63,826 nucleotides of DNA from Candidatus Zixiibacteriota bacterium. GTDB lineage: Bacteria > Zixibacteria > MSB-5A5 > UBA10806 > 4484-95. Numbering within the stretch: the stretch's first letter is position 1; every line of letters begins with the position of its first letter. The notes beneath the pieces were generated by a model. That model worked only from the letters and a program-made list of their open reading frames with translations. It was not told where the DNA came from and did no database searches. Below, in pieces: positions 48,928 to 58,059 of this stretch. Where the stretch lies: the NCBI GenBank assembly GCA_029932605.1, contig JAOZPT010000008.1, positions 1-63,826 on the forward strand, written 5' to 3'. The position numbers and the translations under genes were made by a program.

Positions 48928-49527
48928 ATGCCAGGTGAGAAAAGAAAAGTTTTAGTTATCACGCATAATTATCCAATTCCGGATTTCCCGCGTGCAATTG
49001 GTCCATTTGTAGGTGTGTTAGTTGAGAATCTAGCAAAGCATTTTCATATGATAGTGTTGGCTCCCAGGTACAGGAATCCATCCTCTGAAAGAAACGGAGT
49101 GAAACTGGAGTATTTCGGATATTCGTTTAAATCCTGGGAAAAGCTATCATATACGGGACACCTTTTTGCGAAGGTAAGAGGATTTAGACTACATTACCAG
49201 TTTTTGGCTTTCTGTTACTTGATCTCGAATGTTTTAAAAAGCCTGATTATCGTGAAAAGAGAAAAACCTGATCTTATTCATAGCCAATGGTTTGTGCCTA
49301 ATGGCCTAGTGGGGCATATAACCTCCAGATTAACAGGTATTCCACATATAGTGACTATTCATAGTGACGCTTTTCTTGTTAAGAAAAACAGGATCTTACG
49401 TGCCGTTGCTAAAATGGTTTTTAAAAGGGCAAAACTTGTGATTGCTGTATCGCAGTCAGTAAAAGAGCATGTTGTTGATATTGCTCCTAGAGTGGAGGTG
49501 ATTTACCCGTGCAACCAACTGTTCTAA
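48928..49527 (+). CDS. glycosyltransferase family 4, N-terminal half of a split gene
   Basis: Only the GT-B N-domain is present; the frame ends at ...RVEVIYPCNQLF. Confidence 0.55.
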   Translation: MPGEKRKVLVITHNYPIPDFPRAIGPFVGVLVENLAKHFHMIVLAPRYRNPSSERNGVKLEYFGYSFKSWEKLSYTGHLFAKVRGFRLHYQFLAFCYLISNVLKSLIIVKREKPDLIHSQWFVPNGLVGHITSRLTGIPHIVTIHSDAFLVKKNRILRAVAKMVFKRAKLVIAVSQSVKEHVVDIAPRVEVIYPCNQLF

Positions 49528-50072
49528 GCGTAGGAAGGTTGGTTCCCCGCAAGGGTCATATATATCTTATAGATGCTATCCATAAGCTGGTTGAACAGGG
49601 AATGGATATTAAACTCGTGATTGTTGGCAAGGGGCCCTTAGAACAAGCTATTCGTGAGAAGGCTAAAGGATTGAATTTTCGCCTGGAGCTTTATTTAAAC
49701 AACCAAGAGCTTGAGAAAGAATATAAGAACGCTGACGTATTTGTGTTGCCTTCAATTACAGATGACCAGGGTGAAAAAGAAGGGCTGGGTCTTGTTATTT
49801 TGGAGGCCATGCACTTTAAGCTACCTGTAATAGCATTTGACAATGGTGGAATACGCGAGGCTGTAATTGATGGCTATAACGGAATACTTTTACCTGAAAA
49901 AGATGTTGATGGCTTGGTCGCAGCTATAAAAAAAATTCTAACTGACAATGACTTACGCAAGCAATTGATTGAAACAGCTTACGAGGATGTTCACAAAAGG
50001 TTTTCGGTTGAAGCTATAATAAAACGGCATATTGATGTCTATAATAGTATAATTGGGGGTGCCAATCAATGA
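49509..50072 (+). CDS. glycosyltransferase family 4, C-terminal half of a split gene
   Basis: Begins at VLSVGRLVPRKG and carries EGLGLVILEAMHFKLPVIAFDNGGIREAV (EX7E region). It is in a different frame from the N-half and overlaps it by 19 nt. Confidence 0.55.
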   Translation: MQPTVLSVGRLVPRKGHIYLIDAIHKLVEQGMDIKLVIVGKGPLEQAIREKAKGLNFRLELYLNNQELEKEYKNADVFVLPSITDDQGEKEGLGLVILEAMHFKLPVIAFDNGGIREAVIDGYNGILLPEKDVDGLVAAIKKILTDNDLRKQLIETAYEDVHKRFSVEAIIKRHIDVYNSIIGGANQ

Positions 50073-50231
50073 ACTGGTCTGATAGTATAATTGTTATCGC
50101 ATAGTAGTAAACCGTATTTTAAAGGCGTATTATTGGCTTTTGTTCCGCTGACAATAATTATATGAAACAAGCTTACAAAAGTAAAACTGAGTATTATCAG
50201 CAATTCATCGGTTGAACTCTTGTGTGAGATA

Positions 50232-51110
50232 ATGTCGTATTCTGACTTAGATGGAAACTTATACAAGCACAAGATTTCTGTTTTGATAGTTACTTTCAAC
50301 AACGCCCATACCATTATTGATTGTATCGATTCTCTGAAAAGGCAAAGTCTTAAAGATTTTGAAATATTGATAAGAGACAATAACTCAAAAGATTCAACTC
50401 TTGATTTGGTAAAACAATATAATGATGTTGTTGTATATTCATCACAGAAAAATGAGGGATTTGCTCCGGCGGTAAACTATTTATCTTCAAAAGCAAAGGG
50501 TGAATATCTATTTATACTCAATCCTGATTGTGTTTGTCCGCCAGAGACTCTTGAGGTCCTATACGAGTTTGAGCAAAAAAAAAATGGAGTGATATCACCG
50601 CTTCTGGTTTATCCTGATGGCCGGTTTCAACCATCAGCCAGAACATTTCCCGATTATAAAAATATACTGTTCTCTAGAAGGTCTCCTTTGTATATGCTGG
50701 GTCTAACAAGGGTAGATAAGGCGGGATATATACAGCCCGAAATGCCAACAAAGGTTCAGGCGGTATCGGCTACTGCACTATTTTTGGCTAAGAAGGTTTT
50801 CAATTCTGTGGGTGGTTTTGATGAACGTTTTTTTTTGTATCTTGAAGACATTGACCTATGTTTGCGCCTTGGTGCCCGAGATATAGATATCTGGTATATG
50901 CCATCGCTAAAAATTCGGCATAGCCTGGGAGCAAGTTCCTCGAAATCTCGGGTCAGGTCTATGTATCATCATCACATCTCGATGTTAAAATATTTTAAAA
51001 AACATTTTCCCCGAAACCATGTTAAGAATTTTGTATTAACGTTATTATTGGCATTTGGCTTTTTAATTTCGTTGACATTCATGGTGCTTAGAATTAGAAA
51101 GAAGATATGA
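50232..51110 (+). CDS. glycosyltransferase family 2 (rhamnosyltransferase-like)
   Basis: ISVLIVTFNN, ILIRDNNSKDST, NEGFAPAVN and YLEDIDLCLR motifs. Confidence 0.8.
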   Translation: MSYSDLDGNLYKHKISVLIVTFNNAHTIIDCIDSLKRQSLKDFEILIRDNNSKDSTLDLVKQYNDVVVYSSQKNEGFAPAVNYLSSKAKGEYLFILNPDCVCPPETLEVLYEFEQKKNGVISPLLVYPDGRFQPSARTFPDYKNILFSRRSPLYMLGLTRVDKAGYIQPEMPTKVQAVSATALFLAKKVFNSVGGFDERFFLYLEDIDLCLRLGARDIDIWYMPSLKIRHSLGASSSKSRVRSMYHHHISMLKYFKKHFPRNHVKNFVLTLLLAFGFLISLTFMVLRIRKKI

Positions 51111-52156
51111 TCGAGATACCGGTATATGTAGTAATCAGCATCCTAAGTGGATATCTCTGTTATGTCTTTGTACCTATAGTCAAAAGGTATTGTGTTGACC
51201 ATGAGTTATTCGATATGCCGGGGCCACGTAAAATACATACAGAACCGATACCACGCCTTGGTGGGGTAGCGATGTTTTTTGCTTACTCGCTGGGACTTAT
51301 ACCAGGATTTTTACTTTTACCCGACCTCTGGCAATCAAATGTCAAGCCTCTCGTTGGGATATATATTGGTGGTTTGATTATTTTCATACTTGGTGTGGTT
51401 GATGACATAAAAGGTGTAAGGCCAATTACCAAGCTTGCTTGGGAGATAATAGCCTGTCTGGTAGTGATTGCTTTCGGTGTTAGGCTGGATGTGGTTAATA
51501 TCCCTTTCTATCGTCTTGTCGAAGTTGGCTGGTGGGGAATTCCACTTACTCTCATATGGTTGGTTGCTATCACCAATACGGTCAATTTAATTGATGGTAT
51601 TGATGGGCTGGCCACGGGCGTGGGTGCTATTATCGCTATAAGCTTCCTCATCTTGAGTAAAATCATGGCTTTGCCTTTACCCTCGCTTTTAGCGGCTGGG
51701 ATAATCGGGGTAACCATAGCTTTCTTAAAATACAATTACTTTCCCGCGTCGATCTTTATGGGTGATTCAGGGTCGTTATTTTTGGGTTATATTTTTGCTG
51801 TAATCTCTCTTTTCTGGCCAAAAAGTTTTGCTACGGTGGTTATGTTCATCCCGATTTTAGCTCTTGGAGTGCCTATTATCGAGGTCGTGACCACATTTCT
51901 CAGACGGCTTTTTACCAGACAGAAAATTTATATTGCCGACCAACGACATATTTTTCATATCTTGCTTGATATTGGAATCTCTCGAGAAGTAACGGTTTGG
52001 ATTTTTTATCTGGTTAGCATTCAATTTGCTCTGATCACCTTTGCCATTACCGCTGGCAACCGTAATAATTTATTTGTATTACAATTTGCATTCATTATAT
52101 TAACAGCCATCGTCATTTCCAGATATCTGAAACGGGGAAAGGCGGGTGGAAAATGA
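51107..52156 (+). CDS. MraY/WecA-family polyprenol-phosphate N-acetylhexosamine-1-phosphate transferase
   Basis: PRLGG, VDDIKG, NLIDGIDGLA and MGDSGSLFLGY motifs, with about 10 TMs. Confidence 0.85.
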   Translation: MIEIPVYVVISILSGYLCYVFVPIVKRYCVDHELFDMPGPRKIHTEPIPRLGGVAMFFAYSLGLIPGFLLLPDLWQSNVKPLVGIYIGGLIIFILGVVDDIKGVRPITKLAWEIIACLVVIAFGVRLDVVNIPFYRLVEVGWWGIPLTLIWLVAITNTVNLIDGIDGLATGVGAIIAISFLILSKIMALPLPSLLAAGIIGVTIAFLKYNYFPASIFMGDSGSLFLGYIFAVISLFWPKSFATVVMFIPILALGVPIIEVVTTFLRRLFTRQKIYIADQRHIFHILLDIGISREVTVWIFYLVSIQFALITFAITAGNRNNLFVLQFAFIILTAIVISRYLKRGKAGGK

Positions 52157-53145
52157 TTGAATATAAATATCTTGATTTTGAAAAGCCCATTATCGAGCTC
52201 GACCGCAAGATAAAAGAGATGAAAAACCTTGCTGACTCCGAAAACCTTGAGCTTTCGAAAGAGATCCAATTATTGGAAAAAAAGCGCGATCGTTTACTCA
52301 AAGATATTTACACAAAATTATCGAGATGGCAGAGAATTCAACTTGCCCGCCATCCTTTAAGACCATACAGCCTTGACTTAATTAAGCTGATGTTCACCGA
52401 TTTCATTGAGCTTCACGGTGACAGATATTTTGCAGATGATAAGGCGATAGTGGGTGGTTTTGGAAAGCTTGATGGGGCTAACATAATGATAATCGGCCAA
52501 CAAAAGGGTCGAGACACCAAGATAAGGCAGTTTCGGAACTTCGGTATGTGTCATCCCGAGGGTTACCGCAAGGCATTAAGGTTGATGAAGCTGGCAGAAA
52601 AATTCGACTTACCGATAATTATCTTTGTGGATACTCCGGGGGCTTATCCCGGAATTGGCGCAGAAGAGAGGGGGCAGGCGGAAGCGATTGCCCACAACCT
52701 TCGGGAAATGGCAACAATTGAGGTGCCTATTATAGTGGTTATCATTGGCGAGGGCGCTTCAGGAGGTGCATTAGGCATTGGGCTTGGGGATAAAGTTTTT
52801 ATGCTTGAAAACTCCTGGTATTCAGTTATTTCTCCAGAGGGCTGTGCCGCAATATTATGGAAAACTGAAAATATTGACAACCCGGCAAAGATTGAGGCGA
52901 ACAAAAAACAAGCAGCAGAGGCATTAAAACCTATAGCAGAGGATTTAGCCAGATTGAATATCATCGATAAGATAATTCCTGAGCCTCCTGGCGGGGCTCA
53001 CCTTGACCATCAAAAGACAGCTCAGATATTAAAAAAGGAATTACTTGAGGCTTTGGTAGAATTGGAAGGATATTCTTCTGAACAACTTTGCAATAAAAGA
53101 CTTGAGAAATACAGGGTTATTGGTATATATAACGAGTTAAGGTGA
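52153..53145 (+). CDS. accA: acetyl-CoA carboxylase carboxyltransferase subunit alpha
   Basis: LDFEKPI, ARHPLRPY, FVDTPGAYPG and IGEGASGGAL. Confidence 0.93.
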   Translation: MIEYKYLDFEKPIIELDRKIKEMKNLADSENLELSKEIQLLEKKRDRLLKDIYTKLSRWQRIQLARHPLRPYSLDLIKLMFTDFIELHGDRYFADDKAIVGGFGKLDGANIMIIGQQKGRDTKIRQFRNFGMCHPEGYRKALRLMKLAEKFDLPIIIFVDTPGAYPGIGAEERGQAEAIAHNLREMATIEVPIIVVIIGEGASGGALGIGLGDKVFMLENSWYSVISPEGCAAILWKTENIDNPAKIEANKKQAAEALKPIAEDLARLNIIDKIIPEPPGGAHLDHQKTAQILKKELLEALVELEGYSSEQLCNKRLEKYRVIGIYNELR

Positions 53146-53154
53146 TGTTTAGAT

Positions 53155-53322
53155 ATGTTAAATGAAAAACTGCTGGAGATATTGGCCTGCCCTAAATGCA
53201 AGGGTGACCTGGAGTATGACAAAGACAATAATGTTCTTTTATGCCATACCTGCAGGCTGAAATACAGGATCGAGGATGGAGATATCCCGGTAATGTTAAT
53301 TGATGAGGCTGAAGAGTTTTAA
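53155..53322 (+). CDS. Trm112/UPF0434 (YcaR-like) small zinc-ribbon protein
   Basis: 55-aa ORF below the ORF-track cutoff: [55 protein letters not shown]. This is the canonical L..LACP.CKG.L......L.C..C...Y.I.DGIP.ML pattern. Confidence 0.75.
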   Translation: MLNEKLLEILACPKCKGDLEYDKDNNVLLCHTCRLKYRIEDGDIPVMLIDEAEEF

Positions 53323-53332
53323 GGGAGGATAT

Positions 53333-53788
53333 ATGATCAAGCTTTCTCGATTCATTGAGGATGACCTGATTTCATTTGATTTAAAAGAGCAAACCAAAGA
53401 GGGAATAATAAAAGAATTGGTTGATCTAGCTGCTAATTCTGAAATGGTGAAAAATAAAGAAGAGCTTTTAAAAGCTGTTCTTGAAAGGGAAAAATTGGTG
53501 ACAACCGGTGTAGGTTACAATGTCGCATTTCCCCATGCCAAGACCAAGTCTGTGCGGGGTGTTGTCATAGCTTTTGGACGAAAGAATGAAGGTGTCGATT
53601 TTGAGGCGATGGACCGCAAACCTGTACATCTGTTTTTCCTAATTGCTGCTCCCGAGGACGCTATTGGAGCACACCTTAATGTAATGGCTAAACTTTCTTT
53701 TTTGATGAAAAACGAAAAAAACAGAAACAAGCTTCTAAAGGCAAAGTATAAAGAAGACTTAATCGAGGTGCTTGATTCCGACGAATAA
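53333..53788 (+). CDS. ptsN: PTS EIIA (fructose/nitrogen type), PtsN-like
   Basis: The ATG at 53333 follows GGGAGG. The active-site region is GYNVAFPHAKT. 151 aa. Confidence 0.8.
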   Translation: MIKLSRFIEDDLISFDLKEQTKEGIIKELVDLAANSEMVKNKEELLKAVLEREKLVTTGVGYNVAFPHAKTKSVRGVVIAFGRKNEGVDFEAMDRKPVHLFFLIAAPEDAIGAHLNVMAKLSFLMKNEKNRNKLLKAKYKEDLIEVLDSDE

Positions 53789-54577
53789 ATGCTTAGCGCA
53801 ATTATAAATTTCATAAAAGATAGACAGTCATTACCTGTGATTGCTGTTTTTGTTTTCTGTTTTATATTGATGTTATTACCCACAGCGTTCAGATTATCGA
53901 TTTCAAGCTTCTTTATTTCTGTTGTTTATTTACCATTTACTATGTTTGATGATTTCTTAACCGATGTGGCCAGAGCCAAGATAAATAACATCGAATTGAA
54001 CCAGAGACTCATCCAGTATTCTATTCAGGCCTCCAGTTATGTTGAAGACCATTATGAGAATAATCGTCTTAGACGAATGCTTGATTTCGACCTCCGGATT
54101 CCTTACAGGCTTGTACCGGCAAAAGTGATTGGGCTTAAACCCACACCTCATTCAAGATCTATCGAGATCAATGCCGGCCTGGCCAAAGGAATAAACGTAA
54201 ATATGCCGGTAGTCACTGCTGATGGGATTGTCGGTAAGACTATCACTGTTTCTAAAAAAACATCAATAGTACAGTTGTTGACTGACCATAACTGTAAAGT
54301 TTCTGTGATCGACCAGAAAACCAGGGCTATGGGGATTGCTCGCTGGCAAGGAGGAAAACTTCTGGAGATGGGTGATGTTCCTATCGAAAGTAAAGTAGCT
54401 GTGGGTGATACCGTGATATCCTCCGGCTTGGGTGGTATATTTCCTTCTGGGCTTATGGTGGGAGTAGTTATTTTTTCACAAAACAGAGAGGGAAAACTTT
54501 TTAAGGATGTATTGGTTAAACCGGCAGTCGATTTTAATTCTCTTGAAGAAGTGTTTGTGGTGATTTATGGTCAATAA
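53789..54577 (+). CDS. mreC: rod shape-determining protein MreC
   Basis: N-terminal TM, a coiled-coil and beta-domain segments (VVTADGIVGKT, VISSGLGGIFPSGL). Confidence 0.85.
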   Translation: MLSAIINFIKDRQSLPVIAVFVFCFILMLLPTAFRLSISSFFISVVYLPFTMFDDFLTDVARAKINNIELNQRLIQYSIQASSYVEDHYENNRLRRMLDFDLRIPYRLVPAKVIGLKPTPHSRSIEINAGLAKGINVNMPVVTADGIVGKTITVSKKTSIVQLLTDHNCKVSVIDQKTRAMGIARWQGGKLLEMGDVPIESKVAVGDTVISSGLGGIFPSGLMVGVVIFSQNREGKLFKDVLVKPAVDFNSLEEVFVVIYGQ

Positions 54578-55064
54578 AATGACAACTATCCAATATATAT
54601 TCGGTTTTATATTTATAGTATTTTTCCAGATGATTATCACACCGAGAATATGTATAGGCAATGCTTATGTCGATATGGCTGTGATTTTAACGGTTTGGGT
54701 AGCATTGGTTAAAGGTTCTCATACCGGGATGTTTTTTGGGCTTGGAGCAGGTTTATTAACAGGTGTGCTTAAACCTATAGAACTTGGTTGGATTAGCTTT
54801 TTACTGTCTGCAACTGGTTTTTTGGTTGGCAATATAAAAGATAAACTGATAATGGAGCCATTGCCAGTTAGAATTTTAACATTGTTAATTGTGGCGCTTA
54901 TTTATAATATTGTGTTTATATTTTTTACGGGATTTGAAATGTTTTTTAGAAATCCATCCTTTATATTTTCAAGCGCTTTTCTTACAGCTGCTTATACGAC
55001 ATTGGTGGGTGCCATTGTTTTTTGTTTTCTTAGATATCGTTATGTGTTAAGGAACTTGTTTTAA
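54567..55064 (+). CDS. mreD: rod shape-determining protein MreD
   Basis: 165-aa polytopic membrane protein located between mreC and mrdA. Confidence 0.65.
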   Translation: MVNKMTTIQYIFGFIFIVFFQMIITPRICIGNAYVDMAVILTVWVALVKGSHTGMFFGLGAGLLTGVLKPIELGWISFLLSATGFLVGNIKDKLIMEPLPVRILTLLIVALIYNIVFIFFTGFEMFFRNPSFIFSSAFLTAAYTTLVGAIVFCFLRYRYVLRNLF

Positions 55065-56845
55065 TGGCTGGTTTAACCACTAACCGCAAGTTAAACTCAA
55101 GGATTATCTTGTCTATTTGGGCTTTATGCTGTTTCTTGATAGTGTTCAAACTCTTTTTGCTTCAGGTGTTTTCAGCCCCTTATTATCGTAAGGCTTCTAT
55201 GGATAATAGCGTGCGTATTGTCCCCATTAAGGCTTCAAGAGGTATAATAGTTGACCGTTATGGTGAGATAATCGTTCAGAATAGACCATCGTATTCGGTC
55301 TATTTGGTTCCACATGATGTCCTGGATATTGATGAGGCCGCCGCCAAATTGACTGGTATGCTGGATATGGATATTGGTTACCTTAAAGGTATCATTTCAG
55401 CCGGCTGGAAAGGCAGATTTCAGCCCATCCGTCTTAAAAGGGACGTAGATTTTAAAACTGTAAGTGCACTGGAGGAGCATTCGTTGGATATTCCCGGGAT
55501 TGTATTTCAGGCTGAACCTACTAGACTTTATCCCGACAGCGGTTTTGGAAGTCATATCTATGGTTATGTGGGTGAGATATCTGAAAAGGAATTAAAAGGA
55601 AGAACAGATTGCGCCAAAGGAGATATTGTTGGGAAAAAAGGATTGGAGAAATATTATGATGCCTATTTAAGAGGTCGTAACGGATTGATGTATCTTGAGG
55701 TAACAGCTCAGGGGAGAGTTTTGGGAAAGTATCCTGATAAAGAGGATTCACCTCCTATTAAGGGGGCAACTCTTGTACTTAATATCGATTGGGAGTTGCA
55801 GAAATTTGCAGAGCGAATTCTAAGTCAGGAAGGCAATGGTGCAATAGTGGTGCTTGATGTCAATACCGGTGGGGTGTTGACCTTAGCTTCCAGTCCAAGT
55901 TTTGATGCAAATCTGTTTTCGGGGGTTGTGTCTCCTATAAAATGGTCAGAGATTATGGCTGATACTACTTTTCCGCTTTTGAACAGAGCCATCCAGGGGA
56001 TATATCCTCCCGGTTCAACTATGAAGATTTTCACGTCGGCTATGGCATTATATTTTGATAAGGTTGACCAGGAGAAACAATTCGACCCGTGTAGAGGACA
56101 GAAAAGATTTGGTAATCGTATCTTCAAATGCTGGAAAGTCGGTGGACATGGTCGACTTACTCTGTATGAGGCAATAGTTCAATCATGTGATATATATTTT
56201 TACCAACTTGGCCTTGCCTGTGGTATGGAGCTCTGGGAACAATTCATGCCAAAATGCAGGTTCGGTCAGCTGACGGGTATTGATCTCCCCGGTGAGAAAG
56301 CGGGAATATCACCATCGAAAAAATATTTTAATGAAAGGTATGGAGTAGGTGGGTGGACTAAATACTTAATTAACAATCTGGCTATTGGCCAGGGTGAGAT
56401 TCTGGTTACTCCTCTGCAGATGGCCTATCTTTATGCAGCAATTGCCAACGGTGGAATCATATATAAGCCTCAAATTGTTAGGGAGATTAAGAGCGTTGAT
56501 GTGGGTGATATAGTTATTGAACCTAGGCAGGTTGGAAGATTGCCCCTTTCGGACCAACAACGCCAGTTTTTAATAAGTGCTTTAACCGGTGTGGTTGACG
56601 AGACAAGTGGAACTGCCCGGGGGGTGAAAATTCCCGGCATTACAGTTGGAGGTAAAACTGGCACCGCTCAAAATCCGCATGGAGAAGATCATTCTTGGTT
56701 TGTCTGTTTTGCGCCGGTTGAGAAAACTGAGATATCGATAGCTGTATTGGTAGAAAACGCTGGGCATGGTAGTTCTGTGGCAGCGCCTTTGGCCAAGAAA
56801 TTGATTGAATTTTATTTTAAAGGAAAAACAAAACAAATATCTTAA
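55064..56845 (+). CDS. mrdA: penicillin-binding protein 2 (elongasome transpeptidase)
   Basis: N-terminal TM, followed by the SxxK (STMK) and KTGTA motifs. Confidence 0.9.
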   Translation: MAGLTTNRKLNSRIILSIWALCCFLIVFKLFLLQVFSAPYYRKASMDNSVRIVPIKASRGIIVDRYGEIIVQNRPSYSVYLVPHDVLDIDEAAAKLTGMLDMDIGYLKGIISAGWKGRFQPIRLKRDVDFKTVSALEEHSLDIPGIVFQAEPTRLYPDSGFGSHIYGYVGEISEKELKGRTDCAKGDIVGKKGLEKYYDAYLRGRNGLMYLEVTAQGRVLGKYPDKEDSPPIKGATLVLNIDWELQKFAERILSQEGNGAIVVLDVNTGGVLTLASSPSFDANLFSGVVSPIKWSEIMADTTFPLLNRAIQGIYPPGSTMKIFTSAMALYFDKVDQEKQFDPCRGQKRFGNRIFKCWKVGGHGRLTLYEAIVQSCDIYFYQLGLACGMELWEQFMPKCRFGQLTGIDLPGEKAGISPSKKYFNERYGVGGWTKYLINNLAIGQGEILVTPLQMAYLYAAIANGGIIYKPQIVREIKSVDVGDIVIEPRQVGRLPLSDQQRQFLISALTGVVDETSGTARGVKIPGITVGGKTGTAQNPHGEDHSWFVCFAPVEKTEISIAVLVENAGHGSSVAAPLAKKLIEFYFKGKTKQIS

Positions 56846-56848
56846 AGA

Positions 56849-58057
56849 ATGAACAAATCGAATTTCGATTATGTGATTGTTTTTTGTGTTCTGGCTTTGT
56901 CCCTTATAGGTATAATATTTATTTATAGCGCTACCAGCCATTCAACTGACCCTTCCGAGCACTTTTACTATCAGCGACAATTGTTATGGATTGGGCTTGG
57001 CATAGTATTAGCCGCAACTTTTTATTTCATCCCTTTAAAAGTACATGAAGCCATGGCTTATGTTTATTATTTGGTGGCTATAATACTTCTGGTGTTGGTA
57101 TTGGTCACTAATCGGGAAGGGGCAGCGCGCTGGTTCCACCTTGGTGGTTTTGCATTTCAACCTGTAGAGTTTACCAAGTTAGCGTTATGTATAGCTATGT
57201 CACGTTTTCTTGCCTATAGGCCAGCCAAGTTGCACAAGTTCTCGACTATATTCATCGGTCTTCTGCTCGTTTCAATTCCCACAGCCTTAGTGATTAAACA
57301 ACCTGACCTTGGAAGTTCACTTGTTGGTATAGCCATTTTCCTTGTTCTGCTCGTCTGGACCGGTATGCCCCTTTCGAGGATTATATTGGTTGTTTCGCCG
57401 GTGATAAGTATAATTACCGCTTTTCATTGGTTGTCATGGGCGCTTTTTTTCTTGTCTTTTCTATTACTTTTGTACTTATCCCGACCAAAACTTTTTCCCG
57501 GCATTATCTTCTTTGTCGTGAACTTGTTTTTGGGCATGGCTACGCCTGTATTGTGGAATCGTCTTCATGAATATCAACGCCTGAGAATACTGACCTTTCT
57601 CGATCCGGGTCAGGACCCGGCCGGAGCAGGTTACCAGGTTATGCAGTCGAAAATTGCCATCGGTTCGGGAGGATTCTGGGGCAGGGGCCTTATGCAGAGT
57701 ACCCAAACAAAGCTCGATTACTTACCAGCCCAGCATACAGATTTTATATATTCGGTTATTGGCGAGGAAATAGGTTTTATTGGTAGTATAGCGGTAATAT
57801 TATTGTTTGCCATAGTTATTTTCCGCGGTTTTATAATTGCCCTTAAAGTGAGGAATACATTTTATAGCTATGTGGCATGTGGTTTAACCACCGCCATTGC
57901 ATTTCAGATGCTGGTTAACATCGGCATGACAGTCGGGCTTATGCCCGTTACAGGTTTACCTCTTCCGTTTATCAGCTATGGCGGTTCGTCTATGCTTTTT
58001 TTCTGGGGGATAGTTGGTTTGCTTTTGGCCATTAACCGTGATTGGCAGGAGTATTGA
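56849..58057 (+). CDS. rodA: peptidoglycan glycosyltransferase RodA (SEDS family)
   Basis: FtsW/RodA/SpoVE pattern (FQPVEFTKL, LPAQHTDFIYSVIGEE, GLPLPFISYGGSS). Confidence 0.9.
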   Translation: MNKSNFDYVIVFCVLALSLIGIIFIYSATSHSTDPSEHFYYQRQLLWIGLGIVLAATFYFIPLKVHEAMAYVYYLVAIILLVLVLVTNREGAARWFHLGGFAFQPVEFTKLALCIAMSRFLAYRPAKLHKFSTIFIGLLLVSIPTALVIKQPDLGSSLVGIAIFLVLLVWTGMPLSRIILVVSPVISIITAFHWLSWALFFLSFLLLLYLSRPKLFPGIIFFVVNLFLGMATPVLWNRLHEYQRLRILTFLDPGQDPAGAGYQVMQSKIAIGSGGFWGRGLMQSTQTKLDYLPAQHTDFIYSVIGEEIGFIGSIAVILLFAIVIFRGFIIALKVRNTFYSYVACGLTTAIAFQMLVNIGMTVGLMPVTGLPLPFISYGGSSMLFFWGIVGLLLAINRDWQEY

Positions 58058-58059
58058 AT

